Origin: Octopus bimaculoides
Lineage: Eukaryota
Direction: 5' to 3'
DNA length: 45,741 nt
Assembly: GCF_001194135.2 (NCBI RefSeq)
Contig: NC_068999.1
Span: forward strand, 20,127,817 to 20,173,557
The position numbers were made by a program, and so were the translations under genes. Position 1 is the first letter of the stretch; each line of letters starts with the position of its first letter. Of the stretch, positions 13,978 through 25,321 are shown piece by piece. Under the pieces are notes generated by a model. That model was not told the DNA's origin, made no database searches, and saw only the letters and a list, made by a program, of their open reading frames with translations.

Positions 13978-14234
13978 GACGTGGACAGGTGGTTACTCTG
14001 TTGACCTCACGATCGCATTATCATGGATTCGATTCCTTGATTGGGCGGCGCGTTGTGTTTATGAACAAGACACTTCTTTTCACCATGCTCCAACCCCATT
14101 TTCGATCAAGGAGTAATGTTAGCCTACTCAAGTAGCGGGGTGATGTCTTTGAAGGCTAAAACAACGCAAAACACATTGTGACCAGCGATGTGCGACAACA
14201 TTTGATACACTGGCCGGTCACGTGATTACGTGAT
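13978..14234 (+). mobile_element. tRNA-derived SINE family D
   Basis: A-box-like gtggacaggtgg, B-box ggattcgattcc, central ttgtgtttatgaacaagacactt domain, and a cacgtgat x2 tail followed by microsatellite. Confidence 0.65.
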
Positions 14235-14264
14235 ATATGTATGTATACGTAAATAGATTGAAAC

Positions 14265-14294
14265 ATAGACAGACAGACAGACAGACATACATAC

Positions 14295-14372
<78 letters not shown>

Positions 14373-14418
14373 GTAGGTAGGTAGGTATGTAGGTTGATAT
14401 ATATATATATATATATAT
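14265..14418. repeat. Compound (GACA)(GATA)(GGTA)(TA) microsatellite
   Basis: Seen directly. Confidence 0.95.
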
Positions 14419-14621
14419 CGTTTTGACTGCTGTTCTGTTTATTTATTCACATTTCTAAATTTTACATAAAGCATATACACACTACGGTATGGATGTTGAC
14501 ATTTCTGATTGATATCACGTAGAAACTCCAAAAGTCACTCATCAATTAATGTAGGCTCTACATTGTAGAGTGATTTGCCAGATTCTATGTCAATGGCTTG
14601 ATCATACAAACATTGTAATGA

Positions 14622-14785
14622 GTTACGTGGCTATGTAGTAAGAAGGTTGCTTTCCAGCCACATGGTTCCAGGTTCAGTCCCACTGCATGGGACCTTGGCC
14701 AAGTGTCTTCTGCTATAGCCTCGGGCGGACTAAAGCCTTGCGAGTGGATTTGGTAGGCGGAAACTGAAAGAAGCCCGTCGTATAT
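14622..14785 (+). mobile_element. SINE family A, 5' half
   Basis: Homologous to 27005-27165 and runs into (TA)n and a gap. Confidence 0.85.
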
Positions 14786-16837
14786 NNNNNNNNNNNNNNN
14801 NNNNNNNNNNNNNNNNNNNNNNNNNNNNNNNNNNNNNNNNNNNNNNNNNNNNNNNNNNNNNNNNNNNNNNNNNNNNNNNNNNNNNNNNNNNNNNNNNNNN
14901 NNNNNNNNNNNNNNNNNNNNNNNNNNNNNNNNNNNNNNNNNNNNNNNNNNNNNNNNNNNNNNNNNNNNNNNNNNNNNNNNNNNNNNNNNNNNNNNNNNNN
15001 NNNNNNNNNNNNNNNNNNNNNNNNNNNNNNNNNNNNNNNNNNNNNNNNNNNNNNNNNNNNNNNNNNNNNNNNNNNNNNNNNNNNNNNNNNNNNNNNNNNN
15101 NNNNNNNNNNNNNNNNNNNNNNNNNNNNNNNNNNNNNNNNNNNNNNNNNNNNNNNNNNNNNNNNNNNNNNNNNNNNNNNNNNNNNNNNNNNNNNNNNNNN
15201 NNNNNNNNNNNNNNNNNNNNNNNNNNNNNNNNNNNNNNNNNNNNNNNNNNNNNNNNNNNNNNNNNNNNNNNNNNNNNNNNNNNNNNNNNNNNNNNNNNNN
15301 NNNNNNNNNNNNNNNNNNNNNNNNNNNNNNNNNNNNNNNNNNNNNNNNNNNNNNNNNNNNNNNNNNNNNNNNNNNNNNNNNNNNNNNNNNNNNNNNNNNN
15401 NNNNNNNNNNNNNNNNNNNNNNNNNNNNNNNNNNNNNNNNNNNNNNNNNNNNNNNNNNNNNNNNNNNNNNNNNNNNNNNNNNNNNNNNNNNNNNNNNNNN
15501 NNNNNNNNNNNNNNNNTGTATGTATGTTTGTATAGTCAAATCGAATATTAAAAGTTGAACATTAACAATCGAAGACTAGAAAAAAAAAAGAATATTTAAA
15601 ACTACAAAGTTTTCAACCTTTCTAGCATACATCCTCGTCAAAAAGTCCAGAGAAGAAAAATTCACGAACAGCACGTGTATATTTTTCATTAAATATGAAA
15701 TACATTTATTCTGCACGAACATGTTTTTAGGTGCCCTTTAGGGTGTATATATTAGAGTGTATTTGCATACAGCATAGACGGGCCTCTGTATATTTTCTGT
15801 GTACGAAATTTCACATAGAAATATGTTGATAACCAGAGAGTATGATAGAAGAAGCTGCTATGATGCTACACATTTGGATCGAACCCAGAACAATTAACCT
15901 TCACAACCACAGTTGTTCCCAATATATTATTATAGTATTTTATTTTATTCTCTGTTAGATTAAATTTATTCATCCACGAGGTGGTTCAATTTTCCGTCAT
16001 CATAGTAAGTTTTTCTTTCAACGAAGGAAACCAAATAATCTACTGGATGTCAACAATCTACATTTTCTTTTCTAGATAACCGCTGTTTCAACAGACAATC
16101 TTTCCGTGTAGACGATAGATTTTACAGATATATGTCTAACCTTTGTCTTCGTAGTCTATTATTTACACTTAAATCAATGCTGGATTGTCAGTTTATTTTG
16201 TCTCAGAATAAATCAAATCTTTATAAAATGTAGGTCAATGCATGTGAATCTGAAAATAGTGGGATCTTCTTAAATTATAGCAAATCTACTTGGTGTCTCG
16301 AACGTCCAGAAATAGCAACGAAACGTCCATCACATCACACCCTACTTTCTTTCAACAAAGTTTGTATTCGATAACGTAAACTTAGAAAACTATATATGAA
16401 TAAAAGATGGGATGGTCAAGCACAGGCTGTCAAAGAGAAATACAACAACAGCAAGAACGAAAACAGCACCACCAACAGCAACAATATTAGCAACAATCAA
16501 AAGAATTTCATGATGTTTTATATTTTCTCGGAAAGTTCAGCAGTTATAGTTTCCGAAACCTTCGTAGCAACGAAACAGGAAAATATATCAGAGCCAAATG
16601 TACGGGATGGATACTAAACTCACACATACATCCACCCAGCCACACACACACACACACATTCACACAGTCGCATGCACACATGGAAATGTGTGTGCGTGTG
16701 CGAGTATGTGTGTCTGTGTACCTAAAGGCAGAACTATATACGTCACTAAAGTGAACAAGAGCATTAATAATGAGCAGCAATGTTGCTAGAAATAAGTGTT
16801 AAAACAACTCGAAATCCACTAATGCACTATCTCAATG

Positions 16838-16979
16838 AGCTGACAAGAGAGACAAGCCCCCTACGGTCGTAGATAGAGATAGATCACCTATGATTTCGCA
16901 TTCTGATGCTTAACGCATCTTAATGATCATCAGTTGCTCTCACCACACCTTGGGCTAAACTCATCTCGCCTGGTCAGCT
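16838..16979 (-). ncRNA. Type I hammerhead ribozyme, repeat unit 1 (core intact, proximal stem I partly decayed)
   Basis: Minus strand reads ...gtgagagcaa CUGAUGA ucauuaagaugcguuaagcaucagaaugc GAAA ucauaggugau C uaucucu... Core CUGAUGA is at plus 16927-16933 and GAAA at 16894-16897. Stem II is catt/aatg plus gatgc/gcatc. Stem III is ATCA-tagg-TGAT with an AUC triplet (predicted cut between 16882 and 16881). Extended stem I is closed by agctgaccag/cttgtcagct. Defects: the 10.1-11.1 pair is U.C instead of G-C, and there are two mismatches in proximal stem I. Confidence 0.8.
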
Positions 16980-17181
16980 TAAAAGAACTCTGTTGAAATC
17001 ATATGCTGATTTCTTAAACGGTGGTGTGAGAATTGTAAATAATATGGGTGGCTCATTCGCAATTTTACAACCTAAAGGCAGAAATATATGTGTCACTAAA
17101 GTGAACAAGGGCAATAATCAGGACCAATACTCCTAGGAATAAGAGTCAAAACTCAATAACCACAAAAGCACTATTTGAATG

Positions 17182-17323
17182 AGCTGACAAGAGTGACAGA
17201 TCTCATACGGTCGCAGATAGAGCTAAATCACCAACGATTTCGCATTTTGATGCCCAACGCTTCTTAATGGTTATCATTAGCTCTCAACGCGCCTAGGTTT
17301 AAAGTGATCTTGCCTTGTCAGCT
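17182..17323 (-). ncRNA. Type I hammerhead ribozyme, repeat unit 2 (stem I perfect, core mutated)
   Basis: Same 142-nt fold as unit 1. Stem I is agagcta/tagctct (7 bp perfect) with distal agctgacaag/cttgtcagct (10 bp perfect). Stem III is ATCG-ttgg-TGAT and GAAA is at 17238-17241. The core reads AUGAUAA (C3A, G8A) and position 17 is U, so it is probably inactive. Confidence 0.7.
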
Positions 17324-17729
17324 TATAAGATCTACCTATACATATAAACACATGTATGTGTGTGTCTGTCTCTGTGTGTGTGTTTATATGTATATCATAA
17401 TAAAGAGTAATTAATAACGGATAAGTAACACGGACAAAATGCTGTTTAAGCTCTCTGCAGGTACAAATACACCAACCTAACGTAAGATGTTGATTGGTAT
17501 TGAACTCCGGTTAGTGCGAGAGCTCAAATCCGAATTCGAAGTCCGTCACAAGTCAACTTTTTAAACAAATGGTTGCATTTCCGAGTTAATATGGTATATT
17601 ATACTGAGTGATATATAATCAATACGAAACAAGAGATGTATCTAAACAGCTCCTTTGGCATAGCGTTCAAATTAAAGTAGTAATCGATGTTAATACTTTC
17701 ATCCATCGCAAGAGAGAAGTGATACAAAC

Positions 17730-18150
17730 TCTTCCCTTGGCATAACGTCCAAAATATAACAATAATCGCAAAAAAGCATATAAATCTCCTGGAAATTGTT
17801 CAGAAACGTGCAACCCATCGTCAGGTACCTACCAAAACCTGAACGTCTTGGTTCCCTGCATATGGACACATTGAAGCTCGGACGTCTGGCAATTGACTTG
17901 GTAGACACCCATAACATTACCCACCATCTCTCCAAACACAAACCTTTTTGAATTCCATTTATCAAGCACTCGCGGACATGCTCACAAAACCAAAAAACAA
18001 CACAGTACCCACGACTTTCGGAAACATCTTTTCACGCTCAGAATTTTTGAAGCATGGAATAAACTACTCATATTCATCGTTACTACATCCTTCAAAACCT
18101 CCATGCTTTCTGAAATCCGCCAAAAGTGCACCTAATGACTTGTTTATTCT
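17730..18150 (+). mobile_element. CR1/L2-group LINE 3' end fragment
   Basis: Plus-strand translation: PW...KHINLLEIVQKRAT; ERLGSLHMDTLKLGRLAIDLVDTHNI; STRGHAHKTKKQHSTHDFRKHLFTLRIFEAWNKL...FKTSML, with the stop at 18133-18135. These are the canonical CR1 ORF2 C-terminal motifs. Confidence 0.88.
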
Positions 18151-18587
18151 TGTGTTTTCTGGGGTTTTTTTTCTTATTTGTAGTACACCTCAGCACTGTA
18201 TACACATTCTTTCATATTTCATAACACCTGGAAATGTTTTGTTGTAAATATGCACTTATCGTATCGCTAATTACTGTATTTTATATTTTATGTTATACTC
18301 TGGCATAGGTATTAACTGTGACTTTTCAGGGCAATTTTCCCTGGGTTGTAAGGTGGTGGGCTGCTCAATACCAGTCATTTAATATTATACGTTTATTTAA
18401 TCATTAGTGAAGATCGATTTGCTTTATGCCTATGCCTCAATGTTGAGACGTGTTTTATGATATGGAAATTTGAAAGCTCTTGAACAACAATCTATTTAAA
18501 AGGATCTGTAACAATCGAGCATTAATGTAAGTTCTTCTTAAGGGTTTGTTTATTAATGTATATTTATTCGCACCCTACAGTCACAAT

Positions 18588-18596
18588 TATTGTTGC

Positions 18597-18663
<67 letters not shown>

Positions 18664-18690
18664 ATTATTATTATTATTATTATTATCATT
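18588..18690. repeat. (GTT)n(ATT)n microsatellite
   Basis: Seen directly. Confidence 0.95.
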
Positions 18691-18692
18691 TA

Positions 18693-18966
18693 GGCGGTGA
18701 GCTGGCAGAGTCGTTAGCGAGCTGGACGAAATGCTTATCCGTATTTCGCCCGTCGCTACGTTCTAAGTTCAAATTCCCCCGAGGTCGACTTTGCCTTTCA
18801 TCCTTTCGGTACTTAATTTATCGACCCCGAAAGGATGAAAGGCAAAGTCGACCTCGGCGGAATTCGAACTCAGAAACGTAGCAGCGAGCAAAATACCGCA
18901 GCGGCAGACCAAAATACCGCTATGCATTTCACCCGGCGTACTAACGTCTTCTCTCAGCTCGCCGCC
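18693..18966. mobile_element. Two SINE family B 5' halves fused tail-to-tail (fold-back)
   Basis: Plus copy 18693-18809 and minus copy 18827-18966. The inner arms 18779-18809 and 18827-18857 are a perfect 31-bp inverted repeat with a 17-nt loop. Confidence 0.9.
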
Positions 18967-20454
18967 CTCAGGTTCTCTCACAATGGATATGGTCTACCTT
19001 TCTTGCGCCTATTTATCGAGGTGCATCTTTCAGAAACTCCAATGCCAGTTTTCTTGTGATTAGAGGTAGTGTTTAGAGGTAATAGGTTTCTTATATATTT
19101 TTTATGCGTCTTATGACTGCAATAAGTGGACGAGGGAATATTTGTTTGAAACGACGATACTTCTCTGAAATATGTTGGTAATTTCATGCAACACTTTTGG
19201 AATGTCAGTGAAATTTCGGTGTCAGTTAATCTCTAAAGGAATTTGAGGAGAAATTTTATTTTAGCTGCTAAACTTATGCGTGGAAGTTTGCCTTTCCTTG
19301 TTAATTTTCGTTATGTATTGGCGATTTCATTTAATAGTGATTCACTGTAACCACGCTTAACATAATGACGTACAAAAGCATTTGCATGTTCCAGGAATCC
19401 CATACGTCAGCAGGTATTTGCTTTATCTTAAAAATGTGAGATTTCGGATTTGATTTAATTCTATGATGTTGATCATCGGAGTGCTAGTGAAAGTAGATGT
19501 GGGATGACTTGGGCGTCCAAAATAGCTTTGTGATTATTCTGCCTTCTATAAACTTAACTCTTATGTCCAGAACCTCAGTGCTAGTTTCCGAAAAACTAGA
19601 CAGGAATTTCATATTGGACGTATTTCATATTTTACGTAACAATCACAGAATTACAAGAAGATAAATAACCTGTCGTGCGATCCTTCTTAGGGAAAATCAG
19701 AGAATTGGTACAATACCCTGCTTTGATTTGAACGTCTCCATTTACTGTATCTTGAATTTTGCCCAGAATATATTAGTGAAATTAATTGCTATTGGGGTAT
19801 ACATGGAGAAAATTCACGTCTGATGGTAAAATGTTTTTTTTCAAATGTCACTCTGTTATTTTGTAACACACACTTCGATTATATACCGACAAAATTAGAT
19901 GAATTAAAAACTGTTTTCCTTGTATATATTGGGCCATCTCCGTCGAGCGACGGTAAGTGATTAGAGACTTGTTGTGGGAGTGAAATAACTCTTCCTAAAT
20001 TAACCTGTGGGCGGTTGCATATTCAGGTATACCCGTAAGATAGGATTCAGGCTGAATCAACGAAACACAGCGTGTGAGAAATCTATCGTTCGAATTACAG
20101 GTCTAATGCAACTGAGGCGTTTCTCTTCAGTCTGCCTCAGTAGCTTATACAATTATGAATAAGACCGATTTGGTAACCTTGTGTTTGATAAGCAAACTTC
20201 TTTAACATTCGGCCATACTGCCCTTTATCTATATTATATCATTTATCTGCCTGATATAACGAATATAGGCAACACTTTCAAATTGACATGGTAGGTTGTT
20301 TTGCTCTCTTTATACAATTCATCGCATTAAAAAAGCTTCGCTCAGATTCAGTACATATGCAAGGGATGCTTTTGAACAAAATCACATAGCGTGTGACAAG
20401 TTCTACATTGTAAGCAACATAAATGTTAGAGCGATAGTTATGTATGAAATACCC

Positions 20455-20456
<2 letters not shown>

Positions 20457-20517
<61 letters not shown>
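20457..20517. repeat. (GT)n microsatellite
   Basis: Seen directly. Confidence 0.95.
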
Positions 20518-20518
<1 letters not shown>

Positions 20519-21053
20519 ATTGTCGTGTCTCTTCACTTATATAGGATATATTTAGGAGACTTCATATATTTACTCATCTATTCACTTGCTATAAAAAAAA
20601 TTATGACAGTTAAATTTATAACATTTAAGTTAATGCACTCTATAGTAAATAAGAATTTTAGCAATGTTTTTATACTTTTATACTGCTTAACATTTTCATC
20701 CTGTCCATAACAGTGTTTGGAATGGCGGACAATTTGGAGAATAGATCGAACGAAATATATTTTGTTTATTTCCGCTACTTTGAAGAATGTTATTAGTAAA
20801 ATTTTTTCGTTAAAAAAAAAAATGGTACTTGAAAATATTACATTGTTTTGATATCAACAATGAATGGCACCACAGTCTCATATATCTCATATAGTAGATA
20901 CCTGTTCGGTAATAATATTGTAAACGTACCAGTGGCACACAGATGCACTCACACATCAGAGACACCTCTTCCACGCAGATACAGACACATTCATACACGC
21001 GCGTACACACATACACATACGTACACACAAACACATACAAATACACACACACA

Positions 21054-21056
<3 letters not shown>

Positions 21057-21113
<57 letters not shown>
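21057..21113. repeat. (TA)n microsatellite
   Basis: Seen directly. Confidence 0.95.
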
Positions 21114-21117
<4 letters not shown>

Positions 21118-21881
21118 TTTGTGCAAAAGTGATTGAATTTTTTTTGCTATTTTAAACATTGAGGTTGTGATGTTTATTTAGAGTCTATAATTTTACTTTC
21201 CCATGCAAATTTATATCACCTTTGCTGAATTGCTGAATTGTCAAATATTGTCATTCTTTATTTAATAAGGTAACTTGGAATGGTGGCATTGTGGTACGAA
21301 ATAGGATAGAAGATATAGCGAAGGAATCGGGTTGTAATATTTACCAAGACTTTCACCAACGATGCTTCAACCAGAATTTAGCTCTGTATCACCTTAAGAA
21401 ACAATGTGTTTGAGAAAATAAATCTCTGAAGACTGGTTATGTACCGTTAGATTTTCAATGACAAAATACCGGTGGGAAACTAATAATGAAGATGCCCTAT
21501 GTTCAGCTACTCACAACGTTAAGGAAGTTCTAAAAATTTTAATATTTAAAACCGTTTAACAAATGGATGGTGCTTGAGGTGGGTGGAAATAAACCACATT
21601 GCGTTGTATTTCCGTCCTTTTCAGAACTAAAACGATCTACTTTCTTTTAATTACTTTGTGGCATGTGACGGAAAAGTAATTGTGTAAGAAAATTGAGTTC
21701 ATTCCATCCATTCTGTGGTTAAGCAGATGCAGACCTCTAACATTATTTCAAACTGACGCTGCTATAAATGATGAATACGGTTTGAAAATCGCATAGACTT
21801 TTATATCCTGGCCAAACCACTGCATTAAGAGAGATATATATTCAGGGAAAGTCATTATGCCAATATTATCAACACTATTAA

Positions 21882-22102
21882 GGCGGCGAGCTGGCAGAAA
21901 TGTTAGCACGCCGGGCGAAATACTTAACGGTATTTCGTCTGTCTTTACGTTCTGAATTTAAATTCCGCGGAGGTCGACTTTGCCTTTCAACCTTTCGGAT
22001 TCGATAAATTAAGTACCAGTTGCGTACTGGAGTCGATCTAATAGACTGGCTCCCTCCCCCAAAATTTCGGGCCCTGTCCCTAGATTAGAAAAGAATATTA
22101 TT
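21882..22102 (+). mobile_element. tRNA-derived SINE family B, full length (about 220 bp)
   Basis: ggcggcgagctggcagaa head, B-box-like g(a)atttaaattcc, gaggtcgactttgcctttca body and an attatt tail. Homologous to 18693-18966 and 26036-26236. Confidence 0.88.
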
Positions 22103-22384
22103 AACACGCGCACCGGTTCGATTTCACTCCTTTATTATTAGCCAATTGTTTCACTATCCAACTAACTAGCGAATTGTTTGCTTAGTTTACTTAAACAGTA
22201 AGTGGTGGTGGTGGGAGGGGGTCGTTTGTCAAAGCTATTTTGTTGCACTTATGTGCACGTGCTTATATGCTNNNNNNNNNNNNNNNNNNTTTATTTGCGT
22301 ACGTAATTCTGCTGCCTTTTGCGTGTTTGTGTCCCCTTGTATGTGCGTCTGTTTGATTTTGTGTGTCTATATGCGTATCTGTCC

Positions 22385-22665
22385 GTACTACCTATTTGCC
22401 TATTTATTTATCTATCTATCTACCTACCCACTTACCTACTTACCTACCTGCCTGCCAACCTACCTGCCTACCTATCTATCTACCTCCCTATCAAACTACT
22501 TACCTAGCTACCTACCTATCTATTAGATTGCCTGTCATCCCACCTATCTACCTACCTACATAGTTAACTAAGTAACTAACAATCTATATAACTGATCTAA
22601 CCACCTAAAACTTATCTACTTACCTATCGTATTCCCTCCCTATTTACCTACCTGACCGCCTACTT
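22385..22665. repeat. Degenerate (CTAC/CTAT)n low-complexity tract
   Basis: Seen directly. Confidence 0.85.
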
Positions 22666-22799
22666 ACAAATGTACTTATGCATGTACGCTGAGTGAGTGA
22701 TATCTGTGACAATAGGGTATCCCTACCTTGTATGTGAATTGTCTACTTAGTTAAGGTAATGTCTCATTTATGAAGATGTACGTTTGTATTTGTGTAAGA

Positions 22800-22905
22800 C
22801 AGGGGTCCTTTGGGTGTTTCAACAAAATGCGGATGTCAAAACGGTCCAGTATTCCTCACGTTGGCCTTGGTATGTTGATAGATTATGGACGACTGTTTCT
22901 GGTCA
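22800..22905 (-). mobile_element. Possible Penelope-like ORF fragment upstream of the RT
   Basis: Minus-strand translation VVHNLSTYQ..REE...VL, a frameshift, then FVETPKGP. This resembles the PLE motif V.NLS...L...E..+L..GL.F.PTP. Confidence 0.4.
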
Positions 22906-23259
22906 TTATAGTTTCTTCAGTGCTTGTTTAGATACAGAGTACTGCATGCAGTGCATGAGTTTCTGTGTGCTTCTTTGTTTTATTGAGTTCACACGGCGGG
23001 GTCATCCTGAATTTTTAATTCTGTCAATGAGGAAACGATTTGCTAATGGGGGATTACTTATATATTTATTCCTATGTATACCTATGGGAAACCTACTGGG
23101 AAAGAATTGTATTTAATAAGGTGTATATAATACGAAACTTCTCCAATTTTCTGTTGTAATATGAAACTATTGTATTTCCATTCTTTATCAATATTCTTCA
23201 CTCTTTTCAATGACTATTAACATTATGTATATATTTTGAAGCACTAGAACATGCAGATA

Positions 23260-23295
<36 letters not shown>

Positions 23296-24189
23296 NNNNN
23301 NNNNNNNNNNNNNNNNNNNNNNNNNNNNNNNNNNNNNNNNNNNNNNNNNNNNNNNNNNNNNNNNNNNNNNNNNNNNNNNNNNNNNNNNNNNNNNNNNNNN
23401 NNNNNNNNNNNNNNNNNNNNNNNNNNNNNNNNNNNNNNNNNNNNNNNNNNNNNNNNNNNNNNNNNNNNNNNNNNNNNNNNNNNNNNNNNNNNNNNNNNNN
23501 NNNNNNNNNNNNNNNNNNNNNNNNNNNNNNNNNNNNNNNNNNNNNNNNNNNNNNNNNNNNNNNNNNNNNNNNNNNNNNNNNNNNNNNNNNNNNNNNNNNN
23601 NNNNNNNNNNNNNNNNNNNNNNNNNNNNNNNNNNNNNNNNNNNNNNNNNNNNNNNNNNNNNNNNNNNNNNNNNNNNNNNNNNNNNNNNNNNNNNNNNNNN
23701 NNNNNNNNNNNNNNNNNNNNNNNNNNNNNNNNNNNNNNNNNNNNNNNNNNNNNNTATATATATATATATATATATATATGCCATTTTGAGTTCCTGTTGT
23801 ATGTGTTTTTATTTGCGCATGCGTATATCCCTGTATGTGTCTATGTTTGATAAGTGGTGGGGGGGAATATTTATGGTACCTGCGTTATCCTCTGTTTATT
23901 CACGTTTATTTTATTTTATTTTATTTATTTATTTGTTTTTATCTACATTTTCTAAAATTAATTTATTGTGTGTTGTTTATATATTTAATTACTTAATTCC
24001 ATTCATTTATCCAAGTATTGTAATAGTTTCATATTATTGTTACTGGTTTACGTGGATCTTATTATGTCATTGGGTTGTGGTGTGTGTGGGGGGAAGCTAG
24101 TTTTCCATTCTAGTTTTCTATTAAGCTTAGGTTTATCGTCTATAATATGTGTAGCTTCCATAATTTGTCTAAACGTTGCGTTTTGCACT

Positions 24190-25205
24190 TAACTTATTCA
24201 TAGTGCAAGTTTTGAAGAGTGCAGTTCGATTTTAACAGTCATCTGTTTAAAGCTATAATGGAAATGACAAAGTAGAATATTCAGCATATTTTGCTTTATG
24301 AGTTCAATAAAGGCAACAACGCAACGGAAAGTGCGAGGAATATTAATGCAGTATATGGGGATCGGACAATAAGCATAAGCCAATGCCAACGGTGGATTCA
24401 GAAATTCCGAGTCGGAAACTATAGTCAAGAAGAAGAGCCTCGTCCTGGAAGATCAGAAGAGCCCGACCAGGACTTCATGCAAATCCTGGTGGAACAAAAT
24501 CCGAACATGCGTGCCATCTGAAACGTCAGCAAAATGGGTCAATGGGGTCCCCACAAACTTACCGTGTTTAATCGCGCGCAGAGAGTGAACGACGTGTGCT
24601 CACCTTTGCTGTCACATCTCAAAATGAACATTTTTTTGGATTGAATAGGGGATGTTGACGAGAAATGAGTTTTCTATAAAAAATTCAAGCGTCAACGACA
24701 GTGGGTAAGGAATGGAGAAACACCGGCACTGCAGGCTAAAGAAGGTTTCATCCCCATACGATGTTATTTGTTTGGTGGGGTATGAAAGGTTTAGTCCACA
24801 TTGAACTTTTAAGCCCAAACGTGTTCTTCCATCAGGATTATGCTTGGTTAAATACAGCGAGGATGACATTCCAAAGGCTGGAACAGTTTGAATGGGAAAC
24901 GATGCCCCACCCTCCATATTTGCTGGGCATTGCCCCCATCAGATTATCATTTTTTCTGCAGTCTTCAAAATCATTTAGACGGAAATAATATGAATCCTGT
25001 AGACGAGGTTAGAACAATACTGGAGGAGTATTTTTCGTCACGGATAAATGAATTTTGGAAGAAAGGCCTTTCAAGTCTACCAGATAGATAGAAGAGCATT
25101 GTAGAAAATGAAGGATAGTTTATTTTAGATTAAAAACGAACTTTGTTTATATTAATATTGAAAAATGAACGATATAAATCTGCACTATATATGGGATGAC
25201 CCACC
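24190..25205 (+). mobile_element. Decayed mariner (DD34D) DNA transposon
   Basis: Remnant transposase runs from ATG 24258 to TAA 25133. It has an HTH region (LLYEFNKGNNATESARNINAVYG...CQRWIQKF), WGPHKL (WVPHEL-like), (G)DEK at 24657, HQD at 24830 and PSDYHFF at 24936. The second-to-third Asp spacing is 103 nt (34 codons + 1 frameshift). There are stops, frameshifts and two internal deletions. A right-terminus candidate ...atatgggatgaccca ends near 25203; no left TIR was found. Confidence 0.93.
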
Positions 25206-25229
25206 ACGCACATACACACACACACACAC

Positions 25230-25266
<37 letters not shown>

Positions 25267-25321
25267 TGTGTATATGCGTGGTGGGTCATCCCATATATAG
25301 TGCAGATTTATATCGTTCATT
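25164..25321. repeat. Near-perfect palindrome (fold-back duplication) centred on acg|cgt
   Basis: 25164-25210 and 25275-25321 are exact reverse complements (47 bp). They continue inward as (CA)n/(TG)n meeting at 25230/25231 with no spacer. Confidence 0.95.

Larger units (their letters stand above)
16721..17330 (-). mobile_element. Putative non-LTR retrozyme: about 1.75 tandem units of a 344-350 bp HHR-bearing repeat
   Basis: cctaaaggcaga recurs at 16721 and 17071, and the HHR blocks recur with a 344-bp offset. There is no ORF. The array is flanked by CA/TG microsatellite. Confidence 0.65.

Noticed and set aside
19899-19952. Plus-strand exon candidate ending at a strong GTAAGT donor
   Set aside because: The acceptor is weak and no peptide family is recognised.
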